A DNA stretch of 60,050 nucleotides, counting the filler, from Asterionella formosa (Eukaryota): NCBI GenBank assembly GCA_002256025.1. It is 8 parts of 8 records of this genome, joined end to end, with 100 filler letters (N's around TTAATTAATTAA, not from the genome) between each part and the next. Parts side by side here need not be neighbours in the genome. Positions count along the whole stretch, not along the records: positions 15,072 to 22,498 come from NKIB01012452.1; positions 22,599 to 30,021 come from NKIB01012453.1; positions 30,122 to 37,531 come from NKIB01012454.1; 5 more parts are not named here. One strand, given 5' to 3'. A program made the position numbers and the translations under genes. This document shows positions 21,905-33,941 of this stretch, piece by piece. How positions within the stretch are numbered: position 1 is the stretch's first letter; each line of letters begins with the position of its first letter. A model generated the notes under the pieces. It had not been told where the DNA came from, made no database searches, and was given only the letters and a program-made list of their open reading frames with translations.

Positions 21905-23429
21905 GTCCAAAGTGAGTAGCGATGTTTTGCCTGTCCTTTTATTGCACTGTGTAACAACCACTTGATGTTTTACCATACCTAGTGACTTAATAGTTGGTTT
22001 ATGCAGAGTAGCTCACTCTCATTGTATAAAGCCTTCATTCTGTGACAAGCTTCTGAGGGAAAAAGGAGGGAGGTACCAACGTCAATGCTAGGCACAACTT
22101 CTTCGATATATCTTTCTTTAAGCCAGATCACAAAAAGCAAATTGCCTGGGAAATAATAGAAATATCAGTGGACTTGCAAAAAAGTCTTGTGCAAGATTCA
22201 GATAGTAAAGAGCGAACACCGGTACCGGTGAGGTACTCCGGTATTTATAATGTACCAGGTACCCTGTAAATCACAGGCATCCATGCAGTGGTTATTATTA
22301 GTATCTGCAAGTTGCTTTAAATTTGGTATACATAAAGATTTAGCTATCTTTACCCCAGATTAAAGGTGTTAGTTTGAGCAAAATGACCGCAACTTGCAGG
22401 TACTGGTACTTCAAAATGACTGTCCTAATTATTATTAGGAGCGGCTCAAATAATATATTCACCGTTGTAAATGCCAGATACAATTTATGCCGGTATATNN
22501 NNNNNNNNNNNNNNNNNNNNNNNNNNNNNNNNNNNNNNNNNNTTAATTAATTAANNNNNNNNNNNNNNNNNNNNNNNNNNNNNNNNNNNNNNNNNNNNAA
22601 AGAAGGAAAGATTGCTTTTGAAGAGCATGGAAACCCAAACAGTTCTTCATTGCGGATGAAGACTCTATTTCTACAGAGTCACAGTTCCATTCAGTGTCGT
22701 ATTTTGCTCCTCATTCTCCTGAAATTGCTGATAATGAAGAAGAACTCAGTGATTCTCATTCATTTGATGAACAAAATCATACGATGAATGAAAATACCGG
22801 CGGAAATGTGGGAGACATCACTTCTGAAGTAGAAATGGTTGAAAAATTGCAAAACCAAGAAATATGTCTCACTATTCGTCCAGGACATCAAGATGAACAT
22901 CATGAAAGCAGAGAAACTATTGCATTTCTAAAAGAAAAGCAACATATTCAAGAAAAAGTCCGAGCTAGATCAAGACCTCGAATTCAAGAAGATCAATGAA
23001 GACAGAGACGTGATGATGCTGGCTAAGGCAGTACATGCACTGAGTCGGGAACAAAGTTTGAAGAAATAAATTGAATCTTTTTCCAAATCATACATGGAAA
23101 AAAAGAATTTCTCTGTAAAAAAATCGAGAACAATCCCGAAGGCAACTATCCTACTTATTTGAAGAGTCAGCATGTGAAATGTGTAGAGTTATTATAACAA
23201 AGCAAACTTCATTTTCCTTGAGTTAGCCGAAAACGCGTGGACAACTAAAATTGTGGAAAGATTTGTACACACGTACCCCACAAGAAATATGCAATTACAT
23301 CTAAGCCGCGAAATACGCCACGTTTCGAAATTTCATTTACATAGGAGTGCTAATGATGGGGTACTTGACATGAATTAATGCCACTCTTCCCGTAAAAAGG
23401 GTTACTTTTAACGGCTTCATGTGAAGTTC

Positions 23430-24120
23430 TCACAATGAACTTTGAACTCGAGACTGAATTAGTTGATGTTTCAAATAATTCATTTCAAAGTTCAACTAAT
23501 ATCCTGCTCTTTTGCTGGTGTCTTGACCACAAACCAGGATGGCTTACAGCATATGCCCAGAACAATGGGTGATTCTTCCCGAGATGGAGGCAGCAGGCAT
23601 AGGTACAAGAGAAGAAAAAATTGAGTTAGAAACAGGTTTAGTTGAATTGATTCAGCATGCTGCTAAGGAAGCCATCATGATGCTCTCTAAAATCACTCCA
23701 GCAGGGTATATGGTATATCTACAGAGCCTTCGCCATTCTTGGACACAAGATTGGCTGTCCAAGAGCTGCTATGGGAATAAGTGATCAGATTTTCATCTAT
23801 TTTAAAGCAGAAGCCAAGAAAGGACAGCTATTTGAATAAGGTATTGTATCAAACAACATCAGCATGCACAGTATAAGGAAGGGGGATGCTACTTATATTA
23901 GTGCCTGCCCAGGGAAAACTTCATCAGGTTCTATCAGTGTAAATGGTGGGTGGTCAATGGGCAGAGTCAAGGATATTGATGTCCAGTGGTATGAGCATCT
24001 GTGGGGAGTCCTTATGTGGTCTACCCATGTAACTTGCATGGTTCTCTTCCTCTCCCCCTATGTTTTAAAAATCTGAAACTTGTGGTAATAAACCCAAAGC
24101 TACAGTGTTTCCAATGATGC
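23430..24120 (+). mobile_element. Degenerate Crypton-like tyrosine recombinase fragment
   Basis: HSIRKGDATY...GGWSMGRVKD and downstream SLCGLP...FSSSPLCF in shifted frames resemble stramenopile Crypton YR motifs (HSxRKG, RxGWSMG.V.D.Y, FAxLPPHF). Contains stops and frameshifts. Confidence 0.65.
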
Positions 24121-24201
24121 TCCTATGTATGTACCACTTGATGTACTACCCAGTATATCAGCGTGTGGATGCAGGAGGTACCTGGTACCTCCTGGTAAAG
24201 T

Positions 24202-24358
24202 ATTTGCACAGGGCGTTATTTGTTGTAGTCACGTGATCATTTTCGTATTCTATCGCCTATTACATGCTAGAGTGATAGCAACAGCCAAAGCAAAAGGATA
24301 ATTTGCACAGCTATATGTCGTAGTCACGTGATCATTTTCGTATTCTATCGCCTAGTAC
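24202..24358. repeat. Direct duplication, ~99-bp period
   Basis: ATTTGCACAG...GTAGTCACGTGATCATTTTCGTATTCTATCGCCTA occurs twice. Confidence 0.85.
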
Positions 24359-24639
24359 TTCGTGGTGAGTTGCCCCCGGTATAAACCTGGTACCAGGTTA
24401 CAGGGAATGTACCATAGCTATCACCATGCTCATTGAACATACTATATATATGTATATGATAGAAATAAAAAATAAAAAATATTATTTATGATGTCGTTCT
24501 GTTGATTTCGACATCAAGTATGGCATACGAACGGATTCTGGATTCCGTCCTGTGGTACACTCATGTGTGGAATATATATCTGACCTACGTAAAAGTCGAA
24601 GTGGCTGGTAAAACTGAAATGCAACTCAATTGCAGGACT

Positions 24640-25762
24640 GGGTAATCCAAGAACTGTACATACACTTGGTACTTTGGCAACACAACAAGCCACCCCTACT
24701 ATGGCCACATTAAATGCCTTTACGCAACTTCTCAACTATTGTGCAACCAACCCTGAAGCCACTCTCTGCTATACTGCCAGTGACATGGTCCTCGATGTCG
24801 AAAGCAATGCCCTTTATCTCTCTGAAATGCGTGGTTGTTCCTGTGCTGCCAGCATTCACTTCCTCAGCTTGAAACCCATGTCTTTGCCTTGCCCTACTGC
24901 TCCTATCCCTCCTCTTAATGGCTCGCTTTACATATACTGCCAAATTCTTAAGGAGGTGCTATCTAGTGCTGCCAAGGCTGAACTGGCAGCCCTTTTTCAC
25001 AATGGCAAGGAGGTGACATTTCCCATTTAGAGCACACAATCGCCCCCAGCGGTCCAGCGAATGCATCGGGGAATGGTCTTTTCAGGGCGGTCAGCACATA
25101 CAATGCGAATGTAGGTGGCGCATTTGTGTGAGGGCATGTCATGCTTATTGATAAAGAAACAGCAATTAGTACCAGTAGGCATGGTGGAATTAGGACCCAA
25201 TTGGCCGATTTCCAACCCATTGGCCCTGTCAAACCTGATCGCGGACCCAATAGAAACGCATATCCATAGCCTTGGAATGTCTTTGGCGGATGGTGTCATT
25301 AGCAATACCGCTGGCAGTGCTATTATTGGTGACAGTGGGAGTCGAAGGTTGAGGATGACTGAGTTCAGCCAGGATGTTGCGAATAGTAAAAGCCGGAAAA
25401 AGGGTAGTTTGAATCGTGCTGATTATTTTACAAAGCATCATCCTGCTTTCCATCATACTTTGATGTGCCCTCGCTATCTACATTGTCCTCCTTCCCTCCC
25501 TGGTCCATCTAACTACTATGCTTGCCTGGCTTCTGCTGCTGGTCCCCTATCTCCTCCCCCATTTCTACCTGAATCTGCTGGTGAGGGTGCGTTAATACCT
25601 ACGTATGGTATTCTGTAGGCTCGACGTTCGATACATACAGGCGTAACCACCAGATTAGATACATGCGTGAGTGCTAATAACAATGCACTCATGACAGCAA
25701 TAGAATAGCCATAATACCGGTATTGTAACTCACCTTTATTCACGAGAAGGTTCCCCTCAACA
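24640..25762 (+). mobile_element. Rearranged CoDi-type Ty1/copia relic (RT/RNase H fragments, PPT, 3' LTR)
   Basis: Plus strand: QLLNYCATNPEA..ASDMVL, VLSSAAKAELAALFHNGKE and NRADYFTKHHP. Minus strand: LAELSHPQP...KAMDMRFYWVRD and ATYIRIVCADRPEK...RWTAGGD. GGTGAGGGTG PPT-like tract, then an LTR-like segment ending TCAACA. Confidence 0.9.
25590..25762 (+). repeat. Putative 3' LTR of the copia relic (~173 bp)
   Basis: Starts (C)GTTAA directly after the PPT-like tract and ends TCAACA, consistent with TGTTRA...TCAACA termini with the first base mutated. Confidence 0.55.
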
Positions 25763-26399
25763 CCCGGTACCGGTACTTGAGTTTTCCGAGTCATGCCCCT
25801 TACGTTTTACCGCCTTGGAACACAAATACCGGTAGTCAGCCACACGTCGTAACTTATGTACACTTATAACCAAACTCAACGAGTGAACTATTCTTCGTAG
25901 TAAGGCTAGAATCAGGTTGCTGATAGTATAAGTTACGATGGCATGCATGTCTGACCAATTTCACGCAGGAGTTATAAAAACGGGACCAGGGTACCAGATA
26001 GATTGATTCGTGTGTGTTCGGTGTTGACACCTAAATATAAGCGCATATTTTATTCAATATCATTAACTTCGTGAGTACTGGTATGGGTTCAGGTGTTACG
26101 TGGGAGAAGGAAGAGGACGAGTTGCTCACTCGGTCCTGGTTTGCAGCCAATGAAGACTCAATCGCTGTGACTTTCGACTCATAAGAAGGTGATAACATTT
26201 GGGATAGAACATGTCCTGAATGAAACTCTCGAGAAATTCTTCGAGGAAAATCCCGTCCCCACTTACATTACTGCCACCTTCATCATCATCGTCCTCATCG
26301 CCAGTTGCATCCACTGTAATCGGCCAAAGCACTCTTCCACCGCCACGTCGAATGGGACGGACACAAACTGATGGTGGCATACTATTACTGTTGGGATAT

Positions 26400-28320
26400 A
26401 ATGCTGAATGGACTAAAGTGACTAAAAAGAAAGGATAATGTCACAATACCAATTGTTGATGCATCATCACAGAAGGTGTCAGGTGGATAGACATCTACAT
26501 ATAATATGGGCCAAAGCTCATAATTCTATAATTATTGGGTTAACTTTGATAAAGCCTCCCTGCCTTTCCAGCAGTTTATGTGATTTGTCGCTTTATTAGT
26601 GCCATTGTAGTCAGATTGAACTTGTGGATATTCAACATAATTATTGAATTACAAAGGAAAGGAAACTATAGGAGGCGAAGAAACAGGATGGAACCAAAAT
26701 GCTTGCGGATCATCAGCTACTTCAGGGCAAGAGTCATGAAACATACAGACAAGAGACAGGTCATTTTTCAGGGCCGCAGCAAACGGAGGCAAGCACTTGC
26801 ATGTTGCAGTCACATTAATAGCATGCAGTCGATTTTTAGGTCGGCTTGTGAATACACCTTCCCTAAGTGCCGTGTTCCTCCTGCATATGTTTGTTTGCGC
26901 ATAACATCATTGGCGTATATAGCCCATTCTCTTGACCTTGAATGAGGCGAAATGTGAAAGTCAACAGTGATCCCAAGAGTATTGCAGAATGAAGGAAGGG
27001 CATGCAGCGGTACCTTTGACATGATGGACTCTAGGACTTCCATGTGTTGGTCATACCGAAAGTTGTCGATAACCACATGGCATTGTTCTGAATCCAATTG
27101 GTAAATCATTTGTTGCAATGCTTGTTCCCAAGTCGTTGCTCCGCCGTTGTAAGTTTCTACAATTGTAGTTTTAAAGTCATCAGTGTATTTGTTGAAAATG
27201 CGTTCATCAATTACTAGTGGAAGCGCTGAGGCTGCTGCCTTTCTTACTGGTCAAAATGTGTTCATGTTTATTGTGCCAATGAGCAACAATGTCTTTGGAA
27301 AACAAAAACTTGATGCCCAATTGGAGTCGAAAATGATACCCATTATTCAAGCATTTGCAACAACGACAAGAATTATTGGATGCTGTACGAGTCAATGGAT
27401 GGAGTGAAGATATGCTTAGATTTTCTTTAGAGGTGGCGGCATAAAAGCCACAATTCCTGATGTTTCTACACATTTCCATACATACAGCTCTAAAATAACA
27501 CTAGTCTTATACAATTCAGTATGCAATACAACAGCCATGCAAGCTATTTTCTCATGTCGAAACAGAATATACCATGAGGACAGGCAGGCAGTCCTAATGG
27601 GCAAAATGTGATTTAATCAGGAAGGTACCAATTACACTTGCTTTGCAGTACTATGTGATAACTGACGAGTAAGAAAGTTATAATGAGTCCTCCTAACAGT
27701 AATTGATAGATACTGGGAGGTGTGATTAACTGCGCATCCATAAATCACTGCATAGTAGATAGATAAAAATCAGTGTTGTGCACATGCGTGCGAACCCCTA
27801 TAGTGTACCTGCAGTGATCTGAGCTTGATATTCGGCAAGACTCAATCCCTTGCAAACCCGAGGAACCCTGAGCTGCTAAGATTTCTGCCAACAAGCAATG
27901 ACTTCTTTTGATGACAAAGGTGCAAGCAACAACACATGGTATGTGGGTGCTATCTTTGTGTTGCCTATAATGCTTGTTGCAAAATGTGTTCATGCTTATT
28001 GTGCTAACGGGCAACATCGTCTTTGGATGACAAAGGTGCAAGCAACAACAGATGGCATGTGGGTGCTATCTTTGCGTTGTACCCAACAAAGTCCCATCGC
28101 AAGGGCTGACTATTGCCTCAAACCTGCTTGGTGTGTGCGTACACACACTGCCGACTTTTTTTGGTATGTTGTTCTTGTATTCACTGTTGAACTTGTCCGC
28201 ATCTTTGTTACCATCAATAGAACGACAAGTGGCCTGGCTCTCTTCATTGTTGTTTGCTCCTGGAAAAGTCGGTGTCCGTATCATCCTTATCAATAGAGGG
28301 ACGAGTGTCCTTCATCATTG
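26400..28320 (-). pseudogene. Degraded coding relic of unknown family, with an internal ~116-bp-period duplication (27910-28080)
   Basis: Several protein-like minus-strand ORF pieces broken by stops. GATGACAAAGGTGCAAGCAACAACA.ATGG.ATGTGGGTGCTATCTTTG occurs twice. Confidence 0.35.
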
Positions 28321-28778
28321 CGGTTTGCTGCTGAAAAAATCGGTACCTCAAACCTGATAAGCGTGTGTGTACGTGTACTGTCGACTTTTGTACATTACAG
28401 GAGTGACTTAGCTACTAAAGTGCGTGTTATAATATCATAGTCCATAGTACAATGCAGAATACTACAGTTCCCAATCATCTCATCATGATTGATAAGATGA
28501 AAATGTGATATCACGATAGGTTTACATCGATGCATACATCACCAAAGTATGATACGTAATATTGAACAAAGTATATCACATAGCTATGATGCATTGATCA
28601 TAGAACTGTGATGATTTCTTAAAATGTTTATGATATAATTTTGATCAAAATTTGATCATGTTAAAATAATTCAATGACAATAAAATACGATAAAATATGT
28701 ATGCAAGTGGTATCGATACATCACAGAAAATAAATAAATAGATCATAATTATGTTACTTTATATATAAATTCGACTTT

Positions 28779-28795
28779 TAACCCTAACCCTAACC
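28779..28795. repeat. Short interstitial telomere-like repeat (TAACCC)x~3
   Basis: TAACCCTAACCCTAACC inside an AT-rich tract. Confidence 0.6.
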
Positions 28796-29216
28796 TTACT
28801 ATTATGTACTATTTTGTACTAGAATAATTTAGTACACAATGTTAGTTATATTATAGATTAGTTTAAATTAACTAAAAATATATTTATTTAGTATGGTTTT
28901 ATTACATACTACTAATTAACGTGGGGAAACAAATGAATTATATAGACTGAACAGTAACAATCAGTACTGTTCTGATACAGCGTGAACAAATGATAAATAC
29001 CAACGTAGAATGGACCCATCAATGTAGTCTGATAATATCAACCACTGTTTCTCATACCAAAAATTACATATCAGCATTTGAAATCAATAAACTATAAAAA
29101 TCTATCTAAAGAATTATACATCAATTATAGAAGCCAATCAGGTATACAAATCAATCTATAAACCGAATATTTAATGAACGTGAAAGGATCGCGAAATCAT
29201 TTTTGTACTGTATGGT

Positions 29217-29744
29217 CTACTGAAACAGAAGATCAGCAATTATGGTATTCCCTTCATGATTTCTCTATTCTATCGCCTACTGACAAAAACGTTCAACGAT
29301 TATGTATGTTCTACTGAAACGGAAGATCAGCAATTATGGTATTCCCTTTATGATTTCTCTATTCTATCGCCTACTGACAAAAACGTTCAACGATTTTCAT
29401 AACCACAACGACCATGTGGCCTACCGAAACAGAAGATCAGCAAATATCATATTCAACTCATGATTTCTCTATTCTATCGCCTACTGACAAAAACGTTCAA
29501 CGATTATCATAAACACAACGACCGTATGGCCTACCGAAACGGATGATCAGCAATTATCATATTCAACTCATGATTTCTCTATTCTATCGCCTACTGACAA
29601 CAACATTCAACGATTATCATACACACAACGACCGTATGGCCTACCAAAACCGATGATCAGCAATTATCATATTCAACTCATGATTTCTCTATTCTATCGC
29701 CTACTGACAACAACGTTCAACGATTATCATAACCACAACGACCG
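29217..29744. repeat. Tandem repeat, ~110-bp unit, 5 copies
   Basis: Units start CTAC at 29217, 29311, 29421, 29531 and 29641 and share the core TGATTTCTCTATTCTATCGCCTACTGACAA. Confidence 0.95.
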
Positions 29745-30309
29745 AAAATGATAAAAATTAAAAAACAACTATGGGTACCAGATACAATATCGTGTACGGA
29801 AAGACCAATACGACAACAATTATTTAAAATCATACATATAAACAAATTAAACTTGATATATACATTGATATCCTTCAAAGATGACTCGAACATAAAATAA
29901 CGAAACTACCGGTACAGCAAAAAAGACGACATCAGACAATCAATAACACGGATTACATACAATACATTGGTCAAAACAGCAAGTACCGCAACTAACATAA
30001 TATATTACCTCGTACATATTANNNNNNNNNNNNNNNNNNNNNNNNNNNNNNNNNNNNNNNNNNNNTTAATTAATTAANNNNNNNNNNNNNNNNNNNNNNN
30101 NNNNNNNNNNNNNNNNNNNNNGAGGCTTGGGAGGCCCTCGCAGGTTGACCTTCTCGCAGCGCCCGGGCGTCACTCGTTCGGTCAACCTGCAAGGGGCAAA
30201 TCGAACTCAAGATTACTCGCAGGCAGTCTCTACGACCAGGTACCTGGTACCAGTACCTGGTACCTTGTATCAGGTACCCTCGGTCGTGTCTTACCTTCAG
30301 AAATGATCT

Positions 30310-30383
30310 CTTCATTGTCCCTTCAGTAAAATCAGTCAAATTCAGTCACGGCAGTGTACGTTGGGGGGTCCAGGACGATGAAG
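30310..30383. mobile_element. Short inverted-repeat (MITE-like) unit, copy 2, left arm partly deleted
   Basis: Shares AGTAAAATCAGTCAAATTCAGTCACGGCAGTGTAC.TTGGGGGGTCCAGGAC.ATGAAGTATACG with 15107-15195. Confidence 0.7.
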
Positions 30384-30684
30384 TATACGTTGTATCTTTT
30401 TATCAATTCTAGCTTACCAGTATGACTTCTTAAACTTCCATGACGATCAATATAATATTTTTATGATATATATTTATGAACCGTTACTGGGAATGGATAC
30501 TAGGAGACAGTCTATGATATATCTTGTAGGAAGACTACTTCTACTTTTGCCTTTGCTTTTCTTATGTTTATTGTTGTCGTGACCAAAACTCACAGACGAA
30601 TCGTCGTCGTTCGTGGGCCAAGCCAAATGGGAAAGCAACTTTACCCTTACCCAGACCTGAAAACGTACTGAAGTTTCGGCCGCG

Positions 30685-32405
30685 ATGTCTTATTCAAGAA
30701 TCCTTTCTCTATCGTCGGAGAAGCAACAAATTACGGGCAAAACATCAAGTGCAGTACCTGCTGCTGCTGCTGCTGGTTGCTTCTATGCTTCCCTGTTAAA
30801 AGAGGAAGAACTGGAAGCCACTTCAGCTACTGTTACATTGATGGATTTGGCAGAACTTGTGCCTCAAGATGTCACCAACCACTCTTCTCGGACAACTTTG
30901 GTAAAGTCAGTTGTCTCATCAGCAGCTCCACCTCAAGAACCTGTGACACCCCCACAGGACCAGCAGATCAATTCAAATTCAAAGAAAAAAAATTCATTTC
31001 CCATTGGAGGTTTTTCTCGTACTCTTGAGGAAGTGTACAAGAAAAATCCTGACCTTGAACCAATTGTAAAAGCTAAGGGACGATTGATCGCCAGGATCCG
31101 AGTCTTCAGAAACACAAAGTATTCATCATGGGAATACATATATTCATCTGCAGCTACTACTAATGAATGGTCATTAATTCTTTTTCGAGGAGGAACAGTC
31201 AAAATGTACTTGAACAAAATTGGTGATCAGGAATGCAAAGTGTTACAGGGAGAGGTAGAAGGTTGCAAGCATCTAAAGATATACAAAGGTATTAGGAATT
31301 TTAAGGAGCCTCGAGTCCATGCGTTGGCTTCAAACAATGGAGGAAGTTACAGATACAACAATACGCAAATGAAGTCATTCGCGCTCTCAGAGGTACCCAA
31401 TGTGAAGGAGCTGGCTAGGCGACTAGCTGGAGAGCACCAGATAGATGATTGGAACATTGGTGTAGACCTTTTGGTTTATCGCAGCCGGGACGACTCAATA
31501 GGATGGCATGGAGATGACACGCAGGATGAGTCAATCATTCTATGTTTAGTTGTACATGGTGGAGAACAAACTAGGACGCTGTGCATTCAACCAAATAGTA
31601 CCCCTTCCGAAGGTTATGAGCAACTCGAGCTCTTTGCATCCACTGGTGACATGTATCAAATGGATGGTACGTTTACTTTCCTCTCTATAATTTCTTCTGT
31701 ATTTCATGTTCTCACAGGCAAAGCAACTGGTGGGTTAAAGCATCAATGCAGCGCCACTATGTACACTCCGTGCTGAAACAAACGAGACAAGATTCTGATC
31801 TGAATTCGAGTTTGCATGGGCCATCAGATGATGATTCCCGGCGTCGAATCGCCTTAATTTTTCGACATGGTATGTTTGTTGATTGTGACATTGAGATGGG
31901 TTACCCCATGGAATCATTGGTAGCTCCTATTTCTCGGATAGGCTACATATTCGGAAATATCAATGGTTTATATTTGGAAACATTGTATTCTCGGGAGGAG
32001 TTGCTTGAACTGAAATTGCATCAAGGGGATCGGCGTGGTGTCAGCGGCAATATCCGTGTTGGTGCCGATGCAATTATTGTAAAGAATGTCAATACTGAGT
32101 TTGGAGAAGTTGACAGTGCAAATCAAATCAACTACTACGCTAGCTCCAGACTTGGTGGAGGAGCCTTGTTCTATAGCTTTTTGAAGAAACAGCCTATTCG
32201 TGTATTTCGAAGCTCAAGTGGAAATTCTAATCATTGCCCGAAATGGGGAAAAAAAAAACCACAATCAATGTATTGTTTTGGTGGATTCTTCAGAGTTCAC
32301 AAAGTATGGTCGGATATAAGTGCCGGTCGAAAGTTCGCAATGAGTGCAGAAAGCAATCCAAAGGATGCCTTGTTGTTTCGTTTAGTACGGGACAAAGACA
32401 AATGA
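30685..32405 (+). CDS. AlkB-family 2OG-Fe(II) dioxygenase fused to an SRA/YDG-like domain. Exons 30685-31666 and 31741-32405 (548 aa)
   Basis: IGWHGDD (HxD), YVHSV (distal H) and RIALIFR (R..R) are assembled by a GTACGT...AAG intron (31667-31740). The C-terminus (YSREEL..LH..RRGVSG...GADAIIV, AL..S...QPIRVFRS) is SRA-like. Confidence 0.8.
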
Positions 32406-33941
32406 ATGTAGCACAACAAATACATACTATTTGTTATTTATAACACTGGAACTGATGCCTTGTATAGCGACTCTCTGCCTTGGATTCATTTTCAAAGCAA
32501 GTAGAACATACCTGACATCATCTCCAGGTCCCCACTAACCTATAAGATGAACATTGCTTCTCAAGCAATGCCAAGGAACAACTTAATCTGAAACAGTATC
32601 AATATATCTGTAATATTTGTCACAAAATGTGTGATTAACCTGTTTAAGGATGACTCTCAGAAAAAGAGGGCCCAAAAGCTTGACTCTCAGTTTAAGGAGG
32701 TACCAGACAAATTATTGGGCTGACTGGAACTTTTCAACCAAAACCAACAGATATAGTGCTGGTGGGTTGGAAGTAGTCTCCTACAAATTCTCAAGGTAGA
32801 TTGGTGTTTCAATTATACTCTCAAAAGTTGGGTGTGATACAACAAGGAAATGGTACCTTGCTGAATGTGCAAACTACAGCCTGACTATTTGATGAGAATG
32901 GGTGATTTCAGCTCCACTAAAGTAAGATTTGACTGCTGATACCAATATTATCATGTCCCACCCAGGTAACATCTAGTCCATTGCTAAAAGCTTGCGGTAC
33001 AAGATAGCCATTTCGTCATGATATGCAATTACTTTATTGATCTCAAGACCTGACAAAAGTGTCATTCTCCAAATTTAGAGATGCAATCAAGGCCATACAT
33101 GATTCAATTAAGTGGACAAGACTTGGGTCACAATAAGTCCCGAGATCAATACTATTCGCCCTGACCAAGTTGCAGAATGCATGCAAGAATGCATCGCAAC
33201 AAGCAGCACAGCTTGTATGAGTTGTTACATTTGATACATTGAAAGGGTTGCACCCAGGCACATTGGATTTCGGAATTGGACTGATTGGGATTGGGGTACA
33301 AGATGTGGGTAAACTGGTAGGCCCATCAAGCAGAGTATCTTTTGAGACAAGTATGATCCGATCAGCTGATGGGCCAAAGGATGGCCATGCTTGAGGGATG
33401 GGATGGACTATGCATTGAAGAGCAGGATTCTCGAGTAGGTGCAGGTGTCAGGAAAGTGGTTTGCACATCTTGCAGAGTAGTTTTCGACATGGGGGAGGTC
33501 AGTTGCTACTTTCTACTGAGTATTTCTGGCTCGCTATTATTTATAGTAAATTTGTATATTCCAGCAAAGTATCTCCCGATACGAAGCTACTACACAGACT
33601 GCATATGGAGAAGGACGAAGTGTACGGGACGGTAATTGTGTCGAAGTTACTTCGTGATTACTATAGAAAATATTTTTGGTGTATGGATCTTACTACCGGT
33701 ACCGGTATCATACATAATCCATTCCGGTTCATGATACGTTACCTGGTATTACCTGGTCGTACCGGTAGTCTGATGATCACATGTTGTGAGTCATTCTATT
33801 TGATGTACGTGTTTTGTTCGACGACACAATTTAGATTGAACCTCATCAGCCTCAGCTACCGGTATACAATATATACGAACAGAAGTCCAACAAATCTCCT
33901 CCTCTTTGCTCACAATCCTATATCTCCACGCAAGCAACATC

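Noticed and set aside
29217..29744. CRISPR-like array (also considered for 50130-52512)
   Set aside because: Whole units are homologous with no unique spacers, there are no cas genes, and the context is eukaryotic.
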